Shown here: positions 63,029 to 64,000 of the stretch, piece after piece | Layout: each line of letters begins with the position of its first letter | How positions within the stretch are numbered: position 1 is the stretch's first letter | Assembly (NCBI GenBank): GCA_017507905.1 | Contig: JAFWAA010000061.1 | Location: 404 to 64,403, forward strand | Length of the DNA: 64,000 nt | Source of the DNA: Clostridia bacterium | Lineage (GTDB): Bacteria > Bacillota > Clostridia > Oscillospirales > CAG-272 | Direction: 5' to 3' | Translations under genes and position numbers: made by a program | Notes under the pieces: generated by a model | The model's database searches: none | The model's input: the letters and a program-made list of their open reading frames with translations, nothing else | Told to the model about the DNA's origin: nothing

Positions 63029-63057
63029 ATTTTAGCACAACTTTGTCTTTTTGTCAA
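63029..63057 (-). promoter_or_regulatory. sigma-A type promoter of the Val T-box operon
   Basis: On the minus strand: TTGACA (63057-63052), 17-bp spacer, TAAAAT (63034-63029). Confidence 0.7.
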
Positions 63058-63089
63058 TAGTTTTTTTGGTTTTTTCTCAGGCCGCGCGA

Positions 63090-64000
63090 TCAAAGCTTGT
63101 TTCTCTGGATCTTTCCGCTGATGGTCTTGGGAAGCTCATCGCGGAAGACGACGATACGCGGATACTTGTAAGGCGCGGTATGTTCCTTGACGTACTGCTG
63201 GATCTCCTTCTTGAGTGCCTCGGTGGGCTCGGTTCCCTTGACCAGCACGACGCTGGCCTTGACGACCTGTCCGCGCACCTCGTCGGGGGCTGCGGAGACG
63301 CCGCACTCAAGGACGTAGGGCAGCTCCATGATGACGCTCTCGATCTCAAAGGGCCCAATGCGGTAGCCCGAGGACTTGATGACGTCATCCACGCGGCCAA
63401 CGTACCAGAAGAAGCCGTCCTCGTCACGCCACGCGGTGTCGCCCGTGTGGTAGAGGCCATCATGCCATACCTCGTCGGTCTTTTCCTGATTTTTGTAGTA
63501 TCCCGCAAACAGCCCACAGGGGATCTTCTTGTCGGTGTGAATGACGATCTCGCCGACCTCACCCACGGGAACGGGGTTGCCGTCGGGATCGACCAGATCC
63601 ACGTCGTAGAAGGGCACGGGACGGCCCATCGAGCCGAGCTTGTGTGCGCCTCCCATAAGGTTGGCGATGGTAAGGGTGGTCTCGGTCTGTCCGAAGCCCT
63701 CCATGGTCTGCAGGCCCGTGGCCTCCTCAAACTTGCGGTAGACCTCGGGGTTGAGTGCCTCGCCTGCCGTGGTCATGTGACGAATGGAGGAAAGATCGTA
63801 CTTGCTGATGTCCTCCTTGATCATCATGCGCAGCATCGTGGGAGGTGCGCAGAAGGTGGTGATGCCGTACTTGGCAAACATGGGAAGGATATCCGAGGCG
63901 TCAAAGCGATCAAAGTCATAGGTAAAGACCGCACCCTCGCAGAGCCACTGGCCGTAGAGCTTGCCCCAGAGGGCCTTGCCCCAGCCCGTATCCGAGATGG
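63090..64000 (-). CDS. medium-chain-type AMP-forming acyl-CoA synthetase, paralogue (N-terminus outside window)
   Basis: The frame is open to the window edge (...ISDTGWGKALWGKLYGQWLCEGAVFTYDFDRFDASDILPMFAKYG...SGKIQRNKL). It is closely related in protein and DNA sequence to the C-terminal part of 60411-62702. Confidence 0.88.
   Translation of the reverse strand, partial: ISDTGWGKALWGKLYGQWLCEGAVFTYDFDRFDASDILPMFAKYGITTFCAPPTMLRMMIKEDISKYDLSSIRHMTTAGEALNPEVYRKFEEATGLQTMEGFGQTETTLTIANLMGGAHKLGSMGRPVPFYDVDLVDPDGNPVPVGEVGEIVIHTDKKIPCGLFAGYYKNQEKTDEVWHDGLYHTGDTAWRDEDGFFWYVGRVDDVIKSSGYRIGPFEIESVIMELPYVLECGVSAAPDEVRGQVVKASVVLVKGTEPTEALKKEIQQYVKEHTAPYKYPRIVVFRDELPKTISGKIQRNKL
63816..63902. repeat. 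87-nt block identical to 61137-61223
   Basis: See the 61137-61223 repeat entry. Confidence 0.9.

Noticed and set aside
1-64000. CRISPR arrays, tRNA or rRNA genes, transposases, integrases, prophage or defence-system genes.
   Set aside because: None were seen. Every intergenic region longer than ~100 nt is explained by promoters, terminators or the two T-box leaders. No direct-repeat arrays or recombinase-like ORFs are present.

Overview
This is a chromosomal core segment from a GC-rich, spore-forming Clostridia-type Firmicute. Lineage markers are dpaA/dpaB (spoVF), spoVB, whiA, a SigH-like sigma factor, Gram-positive Shine-Dalgarno sites, and AT-rich intergenic regions with near-consensus sigma-A promoters (TTGACA, 17 bp, TATAAT). 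I call about 56 protein genes. Most are housekeeping: asd (partial), polA, dnaE, murB, coaE, prfA, tsaC/sua5, metG, hom, rplS, nadE, acpP-like, tatD, a topoisomerase A subunit and an EF-G paralogue. There is also a MarR plus heterodimeric ABC exporter operon, a feoA-feoB-feoC-like iron uptake operon with a divergent DtxR-family repressor, a P-type Ca2+-ATPase and comEC. I saw no rRNA, tRNA, CRISPR array or mobile element. The many long ORFs antisense to real genes are GC-driven shadow frames. The most interesting region is 51.9-64.0 kb on the minus strand. It holds two tandem operons, each preceded by a promoter and a complete T-box riboswitch leader. One leader has a GUA (Val) specifier and controls an HTH-cupin-acyl-CoA synthetase fusion, a P-loop NTPase and a four-subunit 2-oxoacid:ferredoxin oxidoreductase. 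The other has a CUC (Leu) specifier and controls a catalytically degenerate LeuA-like protein, a TIM-barrel-acyl-CoA synthetase fusion and an amidohydrolase_2 protein. A further acyl-CoA synthetase paralogue lies upstream and runs off the window. I interpret this as a tRNA-charging-gated locus that converts branched-chain fatty acids into branched-chain amino acids. This is an inference from gene content plus T-box logic and has not been verified by search. All family calls come from motif recognition by eye; no database search was possible.
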